DNA of 64,000 nt from a virus: positions 29,015-93,014 of the IMG/VR virus record IMGVR_UViG_3300008121_000001; one strand, written 5' to 3'. This document shows, one piece after another, positions 56,857 to 64,000 of this stretch; positions within the stretch are counted from its first letter, which is position 1; every line of letters starts with the position of its first letter. The position numbers were made by a program, and so were the translations under genes. A model generated the notes under the pieces. The model ran no database searches. It had not been told where the DNA came from and saw only the letters and a list, made by a program, of their open reading frames with translations.

Positions 56857-57282
56857 ATGTCTAAATGCTCAACACTACGATTTAAAATTTATTCGCGAGA
56901 TTACGACAAACTCAGAAAACATACTGATAATCTAAGTACAAACCCTTCAAATCAAGCTAGACTTTGGGTACAATCTCAAATTAATAGGTTGCCAGATGAA
57001 ATTGAAGAACGTGACCCAAATTTCAAACTAGAGCATCTTGAATCTGCCTTACAACATTGGGGATTTATTTTCGACTCAAATTTTATGAGCGACTCTCCTA
57101 CTTTAAACGGTAAGTATGTTAGCAAATTCTTGAGTAAAACTTTAGTTATTTATGAATGCTTGGATGGTGTATTCTTGCATTATTGCAATGGGATAGACCT
57201 TATACCTAATTGCCATGCTTTTCCTCATATTTTGCGTCGCAGGGTGAATTTGTTAATGTCAACTCATACTATTCGACCGTAA
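56857..57282 (+). CDS. hypothetical protein with RHH-like N-terminus
   Basis: STLRFKIYSRDYDKLRKH...NPSNQARLWV. Confidence 0.6.
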   Translation: MSKCSTLRFKIYSRDYDKLRKHTDNLSTNPSNQARLWVQSQINRLPDEIEERDPNFKLEHLESALQHWGFIFDSNFMSDSPTLNGKYVSKFLSKTLVIYECLDGVFLHYCNGIDLIPNCHAFPHILRRRVNLLMSTHTIRP

Positions 57283-57290
57283 TATACCTC

Positions 57291-57761
57291 TTAAGATAGA
57301 TAATTTGGATGTTCTGTTATAGGTGTTTCAAGGTAGTTAATAAAACTTTCAAACTTTTCTTTTACAGACTCCAGATTGTCACCTAGTATACCTAAAGTAG
57401 AATTACATTTAAAACATAAAATTCCTCTTGCAATTCCCGTTTTGTGGCAATGGTCGAATGCTAATTGTTTCTCTGAGCTACAAACATCGCACTTGTCTTT
57501 TCCCCTTTTTATAAATTTTGCCGATTCTTCTTTGCTAATTTTTAAACTAGAAGCCAAATAAGAGACTTTATTACGTTTCTTCCATTCTGAAGATGCTTTA
57601 ACTTGTTTAGCGCTATTTTTGGGATACCAAACGTTCTTAACATATTCATTGTGACATTTTTTACATTTAGAACTTCTCCCAGTTTTAGATGTCTTTTTAA
57701 TAGAAAAATCTAGAACTTTTTTCCAAGTTTCACAACCAGTACAATACAAAGTTTCTTCCAT
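57291..57761 (-). CDS. endonuclease VII-like HNH homing endonuclease
   Basis: CDVC..LAFDHCHKTGIARGILCFKCNSTLG. Confidence 0.88.
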   Translation of the reverse strand: MEETLYCTGCETWKKVLDFSIKKTSKTGRSSKCKKCHNEYVKNVWYPKNSAKQVKASSEWKKRNKVSYLASSLKISKEESAKFIKRGKDKCDVCSSEKQLAFDHCHKTGIARGILCFKCNSTLGILGDNLESVKEKFESFINYLETPITEHPNYLS

Positions 57762-57867
57762 ATTAGTCTCATAACCAATTTTTAAATTATCTATATTTAT
57801 GATACCACAGTTATATCTATATCTTTAGATAGAGTTGTAGGTTAGTAATATTGTGTTATATTAAAGA

Positions 57868-57945
57868 AGCCAGTAGAGTGACGTGGTTTCATGTCAGGTT
57901 CATACCCTGAAGACGGCAGTTGGTTCGATTCCCTGCAACTGGCTT
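57868..57945 (+). tRNA. tRNA-Met(CAT) (or Ile2), atypical T arm
   Basis: AGCCAGT/ACTGGCT acceptor; TCAGG-TTCATAC-CCTGA; GGTTCGATTCC. Confidence 0.75.
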
Positions 57946-58058
57946 AACACCCTTCCGAGTGTCTCGGATTGCTTAGTGAAAGTGGCAGCTTCAACGCTGC
58001 GTCTCGCCCTGATAAGGCGAGGCTACCACAGGTGGAGATGGAAACTAATACTGGTGTT
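57946..58058 (+). ncRNA. multi-branched RNA with an Ile anticodon-like hairpin
   Basis: AACACC/GGTGTT closing stem; TCCGAG/CTCGGA; GCAGC/GCTGC; GTCTCGCC-CTGATAA-GGCGAGGC. Confidence 0.5.
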
Positions 58059-58061
58059 CAT

Positions 58062-58133
58062 AGCCGTATAGCTCAGTGGTAGAGCGCTCTCTTGATAAGG
58101 GAGATGTCGTAAGTCCGATTCTTACTTCGGCTA
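58062..58133 (+). tRNA. tRNA-Ile(GAT)
   Basis: TAGCTCAGTGGTAGAGC D arm; CTCTC-TTGATAA-GGGAG; GTAAG-TCCGATT-CTTAC. Confidence 0.85.
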
Positions 58134-58155
58134 TTGGCTTAATCGCCAAATATAG

Positions 58156-58260
58156 ATAAGAGCTACATTACGTGAGTGTGTAGAGTTGGGGCTGGTAATA
58201 TTACAGGCTGTTAGAAGGTTCCAAGAACGGTTGTAACACAGTTGAGAACTGACCTCTTAT
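58156..58260 (+). ncRNA. cloverleaf-like RNA with potential pseudoknot
   Basis: ATAAGAG/CTCTTAT closing stem, three hairpins, TTGGGGCT/GGTTCCAA pairing. Confidence 0.5.
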
Positions 58261-58270
58261 TATTTCAAAT

Positions 58271-58341
58271 GGGACTGTAGCTCAGTGGTAAAACCTACGC
58301 CTGTCTAGCGTATGTCGAGAGTTCAATTCTCTCTAGTCTCG
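58271..58341 (+). tRNA. tRNA-Asp(GTC)
   Basis: TACGC-CTGTCTA-GCGTA; GAGAG-TTCAATT-CTCTC. Confidence 0.85.
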
Positions 58342-58360
58342 TCGGTAATACACCGAACAT

Positions 58361-58435
58361 GGAGCTATCGTATAATGGTTCGTACAGCAGGTTTTCATCC
58401 TGACAATCGGGGTTCAATTCCCCGTAGCTCTTCCA
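58361..58435 (+). tRNA. tRNA-Glu(TTC), CCA encoded
   Basis: CAGG-TTTTCAT-CCTG; CGGGG-TTCAATT-CCCCG. Confidence 0.88.
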
Positions 58436-58439
58436 ATAT

Positions 58440-58512
58440 GCGGATTTAACTCAAAGGCAGAGTGCTTCGCTTCCAACGAAGAAGTCGGTGATTTCAAAAT
58501 TCCCAATCCGCT
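58440..58512 (+). tRNA. tRNA-Gly(TCC), irregular T stem
   Basis: GCGGATT/AATCCGC; CTTCG-CTTCCAA-CGAAG. Confidence 0.8.
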
Positions 58513-58519
58513 TAATAAT

Positions 58520-59080
58520 CTATAGCTCAGCTAATTTTCTACGCCTTCTTGATATATAAGCGTCAGATACTCCTAAAAACTCCCCTACTGCTACATTAGT
58601 CTTGTATTTTTTAATAAGTTCTTCAAGATTTATAGAATCCCAATTAATTTTACCTGAATTTTTTTTACTAGTTGCATGACATTTTGTAGAGCAATATTTT
58701 TGAGTTTCAGGTTTTATATTGCCACATATTGAACAATTATCATAAACTTTTAACCGTTTACTGCCTACAAATTTAAAAGTTTCATCAAATTTTTTATAGT
58801 TTGTAGGTAATTTTAAATCATTGTTATGAACTTCTCTGTGGCAATTAGCACAAACTAATATACATTTTCTTAGCTCTTCAACAATTTTAGCCCAATTTGC
58901 ATTGTTGGCTCGAACTTTACTAAAAGAAAAATCTTTCTCTTGAGGATTTATATGATGAAGTTCTAGTGCAGCTATACATTTTTTGTACCCGCAGACTTGA
59001 CAAGAGCCACCCATAGAGTCAACTATAAGCTTTTTAACTTTTTCTCTGTGTCTTTTTATTATTTCTGAACCTTTAGTCAT
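58520..59080 (-). CDS. HNH homing endonuclease
   Basis: CQVCGY...LELHHINP..K...CILVCANCHREVH. Confidence 0.88.
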   Translation of the reverse strand: MTKGSEIIKRHREKVKKLIVDSMGGSCQVCGYKKCIAALELHHINPQEKDFSFSKVRANNANWAKIVEELRKCILVCANCHREVHNNDLKLPTNYKKFDETFKFVGSKRLKVYDNCSICGNIKPETQKYCSTKCHATSKKNSGKINWDSINLEELIKKYKTNVAVGEFLGVSDAYISRRRRKLAEL

Positions 59081-59142
59081 ATTTATACATATATTGTTAA
59101 TTTAATTGTATCATGTTCGACTTATGTTATTATAGTATTAAT

Positions 59143-59214
59143 GGGTCATTAGCTCATGTGGTAGAGCATCTGGCTTTTAACCAGACTAAGACGATTCAGG
59201 CTCGCCATGACCCT
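59143..59214 (+). tRNA. tRNA-Lys(TTT)
   Basis: GGGTCAT/ATGACCC; TCTGG-CTTTTAA-CCAGA. Confidence 0.85.
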
Positions 59215-59266
59215 TTTTAACTATTAAATTTTCGCGCTATACTAAGTAAAACACGGGAATTATATT

Positions 59267-59545
59267 ATGTATTACGCCGCACTCTTAGTATTTGTTGCTT
59301 TAGCTGTATTTTTTATCACTCCAAGCTTGAAAAAGAGTGGCGATTCTCCAGCCCCTTTAGATTTGCTGTTTAGAGAAGTTCAGTATAAATTGGGACTCCC
59401 TAAAGGCACACAGCCAGCAGGAACCCGTTACACTCCTCCTAAACGTAAACCACCTGAAAAGACTCAACCTACAGGCAGTCGTGTTGAAGATAATGTTGTA
59501 ACTAACCCTGAAAATAAGGAAGACAATTCTTCTAATCTAGAATAA
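59267..59545 (+). CDS. membrane-anchored small protein
   Basis: N-terminal TM helix; GCTATACT -10-like element upstream. Confidence 0.65.
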   Translation: MYYAALLVFVALAVFFITPSLKKSGDSPAPLDLLFREVQYKLGLPKGTQPAGTRYTPPKRKPPEKTQPTGSRVEDNVVTNPENKEDNSSNLE

Positions 59546-61469
59546 ACACATCTTCAAACACACTATCTTGCCACCCGTTAGGGAATTTCGTTGGATTTTC
59601 ACTTCTCTCCAATCTTTGCTCTGGATTTGGCGAAAAAACCACAATAGATTCTGTATCACTTGCAGCAATCGGTCTGTAGCCAATATTATAGCTACTTATG
59701 CTTGCCCCATCTAAAGCCCCTAAGAGTTGAGTGTAAATAGCTACAAAAGAGTTTTGTGCATTTGTGGGGTCAACAGAACTAGCAGCACTAAAACTTGGCG
59801 CAACACTAAATGACGGACTGGGGGGTGCAGCAGAGTTATCATAGAATCGGTCACTAGATGATGAACCTCCGCCAACGCGCTGAGGATTGACTTGATAGTA
59901 GTAACAACCATCATGTGAGAACAATGGGGGCATAGAGTAGCGCAGCACAAACTTGAAAATACCTTGACGCACAGGAAAAAATCCAGACTCAGGTAAAGGC
60001 GCAGCATCCCAAGTTGTAATTACTTGATTTGGTGCAGACTTATACAAAGCTCCAAGAGGCGCAGCACCGTCCACAAATAATGTCGATGGCATCTGCTCTC
60101 CTGTTATTCTGTTGTTGAAGAATGTGAATTGATTTTTAGTTAGTGGGTAAGTGTCTGACACTCTACCGTATGCCCACCAGTATTTGTACTGGTACTCATA
60201 AGTCCTACCTCGTTCCCCAATAGCGCTTTTCTCTTCGTATGGATGCTCAATTTCCCCTTCTGCCACCCCCATATCGAGTCGCAAGAGATTTGCACCTTCT
60301 TTTGACGCAGCTAATACGCCAAATGGATTAGGTCGAATAACGTTCGATTGTTGCTGATACTTCTGCAAGCTAAATCGTGCCACATCTGTCCCATAATCAG
60401 GGGATTTTCTAGATGAGCTTAGTTCATAATTGGTATTTCCTACATAAGTAGCATCAGAGTTACAAAATTCCGTAATTGTTTTCGATACCAATTGGTTACT
60501 AGACATCTCAGGACGCAAGGTTAGGTCAAGAGAGTAGTTAGAGTTTCTTTTCTGCACTATTACAGCGCTATCAGATAAAGCCTCTTGGTCAAGCTCAACT
60601 GATGCACTGCGAATACGTTTTCTTAGCACTGACTGTCCTCTACACCAAGTAAATGAATAGGTCGGTGTAGCACTATAAGAAACAACTGTGTAAGTGCTTC
60701 CTCTGGAGCGAAAATCGGATATTTTTTTATATCTGGCATCATTTGCAGGTGCAACTCCATACACAGGAATGCGGTCTTCTGGGTCGATAATCATACACGA
60801 CCAAATCCCTCCGCCAAGATAAGTCAAATTGTCAAGTGAAAAGTTATACTTGAAGCACTCAGGCACTCCAATGGTATCAAGGTCAAGTTGGTACGTTTGA
60901 CGCTCCGTTATATGTGTAGAGCCGCCATCAGGTGCTATATCTGAATTGTCGATTGTGACCAACTTCCATTCAACTTCTTTAAGTCCGTCCTGCTTGTCTT
61001 TAACCGATTCCACATAAGCTAAGTGAACGCTCCAACCTCCACGATTAGCTGAATTGGCGCTGACGTAAGCTTTTATTTGGTTCTGATAGCTGGAAGAATA
61101 GAAGGTAAAGATTGACTCATTAGTACCCCTCAAATCCTCGTCGATGTAAACCGAGAAATAGTTGATAAGTTCACCGTCAGATTCTGGGAACTTAACAGGA
61201 GCTGGAATTGGAAATTTAGATAATACAGCACTTTTTTCAAGATTGGCTTGTGATACTCTTAATCTAGAAATTGCTGTCTCTAGCGGAACACCAGTTAGGC
61301 GGCGAACCGTAATGAGTTTGAAAAGCGACTCATTACTAGTTCTTTGTTTATTCTTACGTTGTGTCTTTATTTCAGTTGTAGACTGATTGGAAATTAACAA
61401 CCACTCTTTAGTCTGGCTTTCCTGAAGCCAGATTTTGCCAGTATTATCTCTTTTTACAAATCTCCCCAT
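59532..61469 (-). CDS. large hypothetical (probably virion) protein
   Basis: 645-aa ORF directly downstream of 61470..61883. Confidence 0.7.
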   Translation of the reverse strand: MGRFVKRDNTGKIWLQESQTKEWLLISNQSTTEIKTQRKNKQRTSNESLFKLITVRRLTGVPLETAISRLRVSQANLEKSAVLSKFPIPAPVKFPESDGELINYFSVYIDEDLRGTNESIFTFYSSSYQNQIKAYVSANSANRGGWSVHLAYVESVKDKQDGLKEVEWKLVTIDNSDIAPDGGSTHITERQTYQLDLDTIGVPECFKYNFSLDNLTYLGGGIWSCMIIDPEDRIPVYGVAPANDARYKKISDFRSRGSTYTVVSYSATPTYSFTWCRGQSVLRKRIRSASVELDQEALSDSAVIVQKRNSNYSLDLTLRPEMSSNQLVSKTITEFCNSDATYVGNTNYELSSSRKSPDYGTDVARFSLQKYQQQSNVIRPNPFGVLAASKEGANLLRLDMGVAEGEIEHPYEEKSAIGERGRTYEYQYKYWWAYGRVSDTYPLTKNQFTFFNNRITGEQMPSTLFVDGAAPLGALYKSAPNQVITTWDAAPLPESGFFPVRQGIFKFVLRYSMPPLFSHDGCYYYQVNPQRVGGGSSSSDRFYDNSAAPPSPSFSVAPSFSAASSVDPTNAQNSFVAIYTQLLGALDGASISSYNIGYRPIAASDTESIVVFSPNPEQRLERSENPTKFPNGWQDSVFEDVFILD

Positions 61470-61883
61470 TTAGAAATTAATAAAGTGCTGGAAGTTATTA
61501 CTAAAGCCGCCATATTGTCCAACCTGAGCGTTTTGTTGACTTTTCCAGTTACCAACACTAGTTTTTCGACGAATCACACCGTTTGCGTCATAGAACTCAT
61601 CTGGGGCAAGAGGTCTTTGGGGATTTCTAGGGGCTTGTTGCTTACTCATACCACGACCCACGCTGGCACTTGCAATTGCCTCCTGCCTGTTCAAGCTAGG
61701 GGGAGCGTTCTGCACGACTGCCGAGCGCTGGTTTCTCGTTAGGGCTAGAGGCGAGTTATTTATAGGCTGATTTCCCCAGCTAGGAGATGCAACTTGTTGT
61801 GGCTTGAATGTTTTCATCAAATCATTCGCCTTAGCACCAATCATAGAAGTCCCCATTAAGAAATTTGCGTTTTTTTCTTGCAT
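61470..61883 (-). CDS. Gln/Asn-rich protein with NANF and QHFINF motifs
   Basis: MQEKNANFL start; ends QHFINF. Confidence 0.7.
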   Translation of the reverse strand: MQEKNANFLMGTSMIGAKANDLMKTFKPQQVASPSWGNQPINNSPLALTRNQRSAVVQNAPPSLNRQEAIASASVGRGMSKQQAPRNPQRPLAPDEFYDANGVIRRKTSVGNWKSQQNAQVGQYGGFSNNFQHFINF

Positions 61884-61938
61884 TAGTTTGTAGTCTAATA
61901 TAAAATGTACCTACAAATTTAGTTTAACATTAGGTACG

Positions 61939-62724
61939 ATGACAATAAATAAAGAAACGTGGATTTTATACCAGACGACTAATTTGGTCAACGGGAAGAT
62001 TTATGTAGGGGTGCATAAGGTTAAAAATACATCTAAGTCTAGAACTTATCTTGGGAGTGGTTTAGCCCTTAAAAAAGCTATAAAGAATCATGGCAGAGAA
62101 AACTTCGTAAGAACTACATTAGCCGAATTTTCTTGTGGCAAAGATGCTTATGCTGCTGAGGAAACTATGGTTACTAAACAGTTTATAAGCCGTGAAGACA
62201 CCTATAACATGAAAATAGGTGGTATGGGTTGCAAAGGTCTTCCTCTTACTGAAGCACACAAAGCAAAAATTAGTGCTGGACTAAAAGAGTGGGAAAAGAA
62301 TCTTACAAAAGAGGACAAAGCTAAAATAAAAGCTGCCCACATGGGGCATATCGTATCGGAAAAAACTATAGCTAAAATTGTCGCTTTTCATAAAGGAAGT
62401 AAGCGCAGTTCTGAAGCTAGAGCTAGAATGAGTGCGGCTCAAAAAGGTAAAGTCCTTACGGTTGAAACTAAAAGGAGAATAAGTGCATCTCATGCTAGAA
62501 GTACGCCGCTATTTGTAAGAGATAAATATTACGCATCAATTATCGAAGCTGCTATAGGTGAAAAAACACATCATGCAACTGTACAATACAGACTTAGAAA
62601 TAATGCCCCTCAGTGGTCAGAATGGAGGGTAGCTACAAAAGAAGAAGTCGCTAGTTTTTCGGTAATGGAAGTGGAGGCGGTTCAAAATTCGTTGTGTATC
62701 TTTGAACACCATACGTTATCCTGA
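61939..62724 (+). CDS. GIY-YIG homing endonuclease with NUMOD3 repeats
   Basis: ETWILYQTTNLVNGKIYVGVH..YLGSG..YNMKIGG. Confidence 0.9.
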   Translation: MTINKETWILYQTTNLVNGKIYVGVHKVKNTSKSRTYLGSGLALKKAIKNHGRENFVRTTLAEFSCGKDAYAAEETMVTKQFISREDTYNMKIGGMGCKGLPLTEAHKAKISAGLKEWEKNLTKEDKAKIKAAHMGHIVSEKTIAKIVAFHKGSKRSSEARARMSAAQKGKVLTVETKRRISASHARSTPLFVRDKYYASIIEAAIGEKTHHATVQYRLRNNAPQWSEWRVATKEEVASFSVMEVEAVQNSLCIFEHHTLS

Positions 62725-64000
62725 AAGATTGGATATAGCCTTGAAAATTAGTAATAGCGTATCCGATGTTAATTGTTTCCGTCCAATTCATGTCAGTATT
62801 CTTTAATTTGTCTTTGAGTTCTCCTCCTACATATAACTTGGTCGATTTTGTGGAAGAATTATTAACCAAAGCTAAATGGAACCACTGCCGCACTTCAATA
62901 TCTTCCGCAATCGCTGGAGTTGTGTAGTTAGGTTGACTTTTGTAGCAACGAATATTGTTTTCGTCATTGAACGCAAATATCTTAGGCGAAGTTGCCCCAC
63001 TGGAAAGGATGCCTTGCAAAATGCTGTTCGATGAGTATGCACCACTTGAAGAGGTTACATCACCTACTACAGGTTCAGGCGTATATTCAATAGCATTTTC
63101 TACATCACCAATTGATATATTGTTACTACGAGTAAACAATTCCGAAACTGCACGAACACTTGTATTGAAACTGCTTGATAAAGATGTATAAACCTTATAC
63201 CCTATACTTCCCGCACGTTTTTGCCATTCCGCCACAAATCCTTTTTCTGCCTTAACTCTATTTGGAGTAACAACTGGAGATTCTATTGCTGAATTTGTCG
63301 TTATAGAAATATTAGTAACGTTACCGACAACTTTATTATCAAATCCGTCTATCTTTCTGGAAAAGTCGCTTGTATTTGAGATATCCACTACATAATCAAT
63401 TGCCTCCTCTACTTCACTCCAACTAATGTTAAATGAGGTAGGCGTAACATCAGATGCAGGACTTGCAACAGGAGCAGAAAGAGAGAATGTGGTTAATGAA
63501 GATAAATAAATGTAAAACTCAATGCAATAGTCCTGATTTGCACTCATTGCTTGATTAAGCGTTGCCACTATGCTACTACCTTGCCCATTAAACCTCATGG
63601 ATTTTAATAAACCAGTCGGATATTCATCGCTAACTACCGACACATTGTTCACTGCCAATTCACACTCGTATTGGCTCTCATCAACAATACTTGTTCCAGT
63701 TGGTTGTATAAAGAGAAGCAAATTATTGTAGTAAGGGTCTGGCAAGTAGTCAGGAACTACTGCCGTCCGAGTCAAAGTATTGGAGGCTTGGTTAGGTGTT
63801 CCAATTGCAGAGTTGACAACATTAGCCAAAACTGCTAAGCTAAAATCTCCATTTTCAATAGCTTGGACTTCAAATGTATACACATTGTTATTACTTGCTT
63901 TTATTAATCCTCCTACAACACAGTTAGTGAGAGTGAGGGCATCAAGCCCGAACGTTGGAGCAGCTTTATTGAGTGTAGCTGTTGCGTAAAGTTTGAAACT
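62651..64000 (-). CDS. virion protein with Ig-like, FN3 and LamG domains (start lies beyond the window edge)
   Basis: Frame open to position 64000; SMRFNG..WFHLAL..FQGYIQSFRIT with FN3 units inserted. Confidence 0.8.
   Translation of the reverse strand, partial: SFKLYATATLNKAAPTFGLDALTLTNCVVGGLIKASNNNVYTFEVQAIENGDFSLAVLANVVNSAIGTPNQASNTLTRTAVVPDYLPDPYYNNLLLFIQPTGTSIVDESQYECELAVNNVSVVSDEYPTGLLKSMRFNGQGSSIVATLNQAMSANQDYCIEFYIYLSSLTTFSLSAPVASPASDVTPTSFNISWSEVEEAIDYVVDISNTSDFSRKIDGFDNKVVGNVTNISITTNSAIESPVVTPNRVKAEKGFVAEWQKRAGSIGYKVYTSLSSSFNTSVRAVSELFTRSNNISIGDVENAIEYTPEPVVGDVTSSSGAYSSNSILQGILSSGATSPKIFAFNDENNIRCYKSQPNYTTPAIAEDIEVRQWFHLALVNNSSTKSTKLYVGGELKDKLKNTDMNWTETINIGYAITNFQGYIQSFRITYGVQRYTTNFEPPPLPLPKN

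Noticed and set aside
58009-58048. CTGATAA...GAAAC as a hammerhead core
   Set aside because: The C3-G8 pair is broken, the cleavage position would be G, and CTGATAA is a closed hairpin loop
1-64000. Stop-codon reassignment
   Set aside because: Conserved genes are full length in code 11, all three stops end genes followed by new starts, and no suppressor tRNA is seen

Overview
A 64-kb segment of a large, AT-rich, tailed dsDNA phage. The host is probably a cyanobacterium (inference from a cyanobacterial-type RHH gene, the primase style, PhoH and apparent restriction-site avoidance). The left third is a + strand replication and nucleotide-metabolism region: dUTPase, PD-(D/E)XK exonuclease, primase, RepA/AAA_25 helicase, dNMP kinase, family A DNA polymerase, class II B12-dependent RNR with a divergent PduO-like adenosyltransferase, ThyA, tandem NADAR-like genes, a DarG-like macrodomain, Hsp20 and PhoH. 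Virion genes (portal, many LamG/FN3/propeller fibre proteins) and RuvC are scattered on both strands, often overlapping neighbours tail-to-tail. There are eight free-standing homing endonucleases and six tRNAs. The most unusual signals are not in the ORF track: (1) a pseudoknot-capable RNA followed by four closely spaced 21-31 aa membrane micropeptides and an RHH-like gene; (2) two structured non-tRNA RNAs inside the tRNA array, one presenting the canonical Ile anticodon loop; (3) a recurring [HKP][FY][AS]NF motif at the termini of four unrelated proteins, a candidate capsid-targeting/protease signal; (4) a structured RNA behind the portal gene. All family calls are from motif recognition by eye, not database searches.
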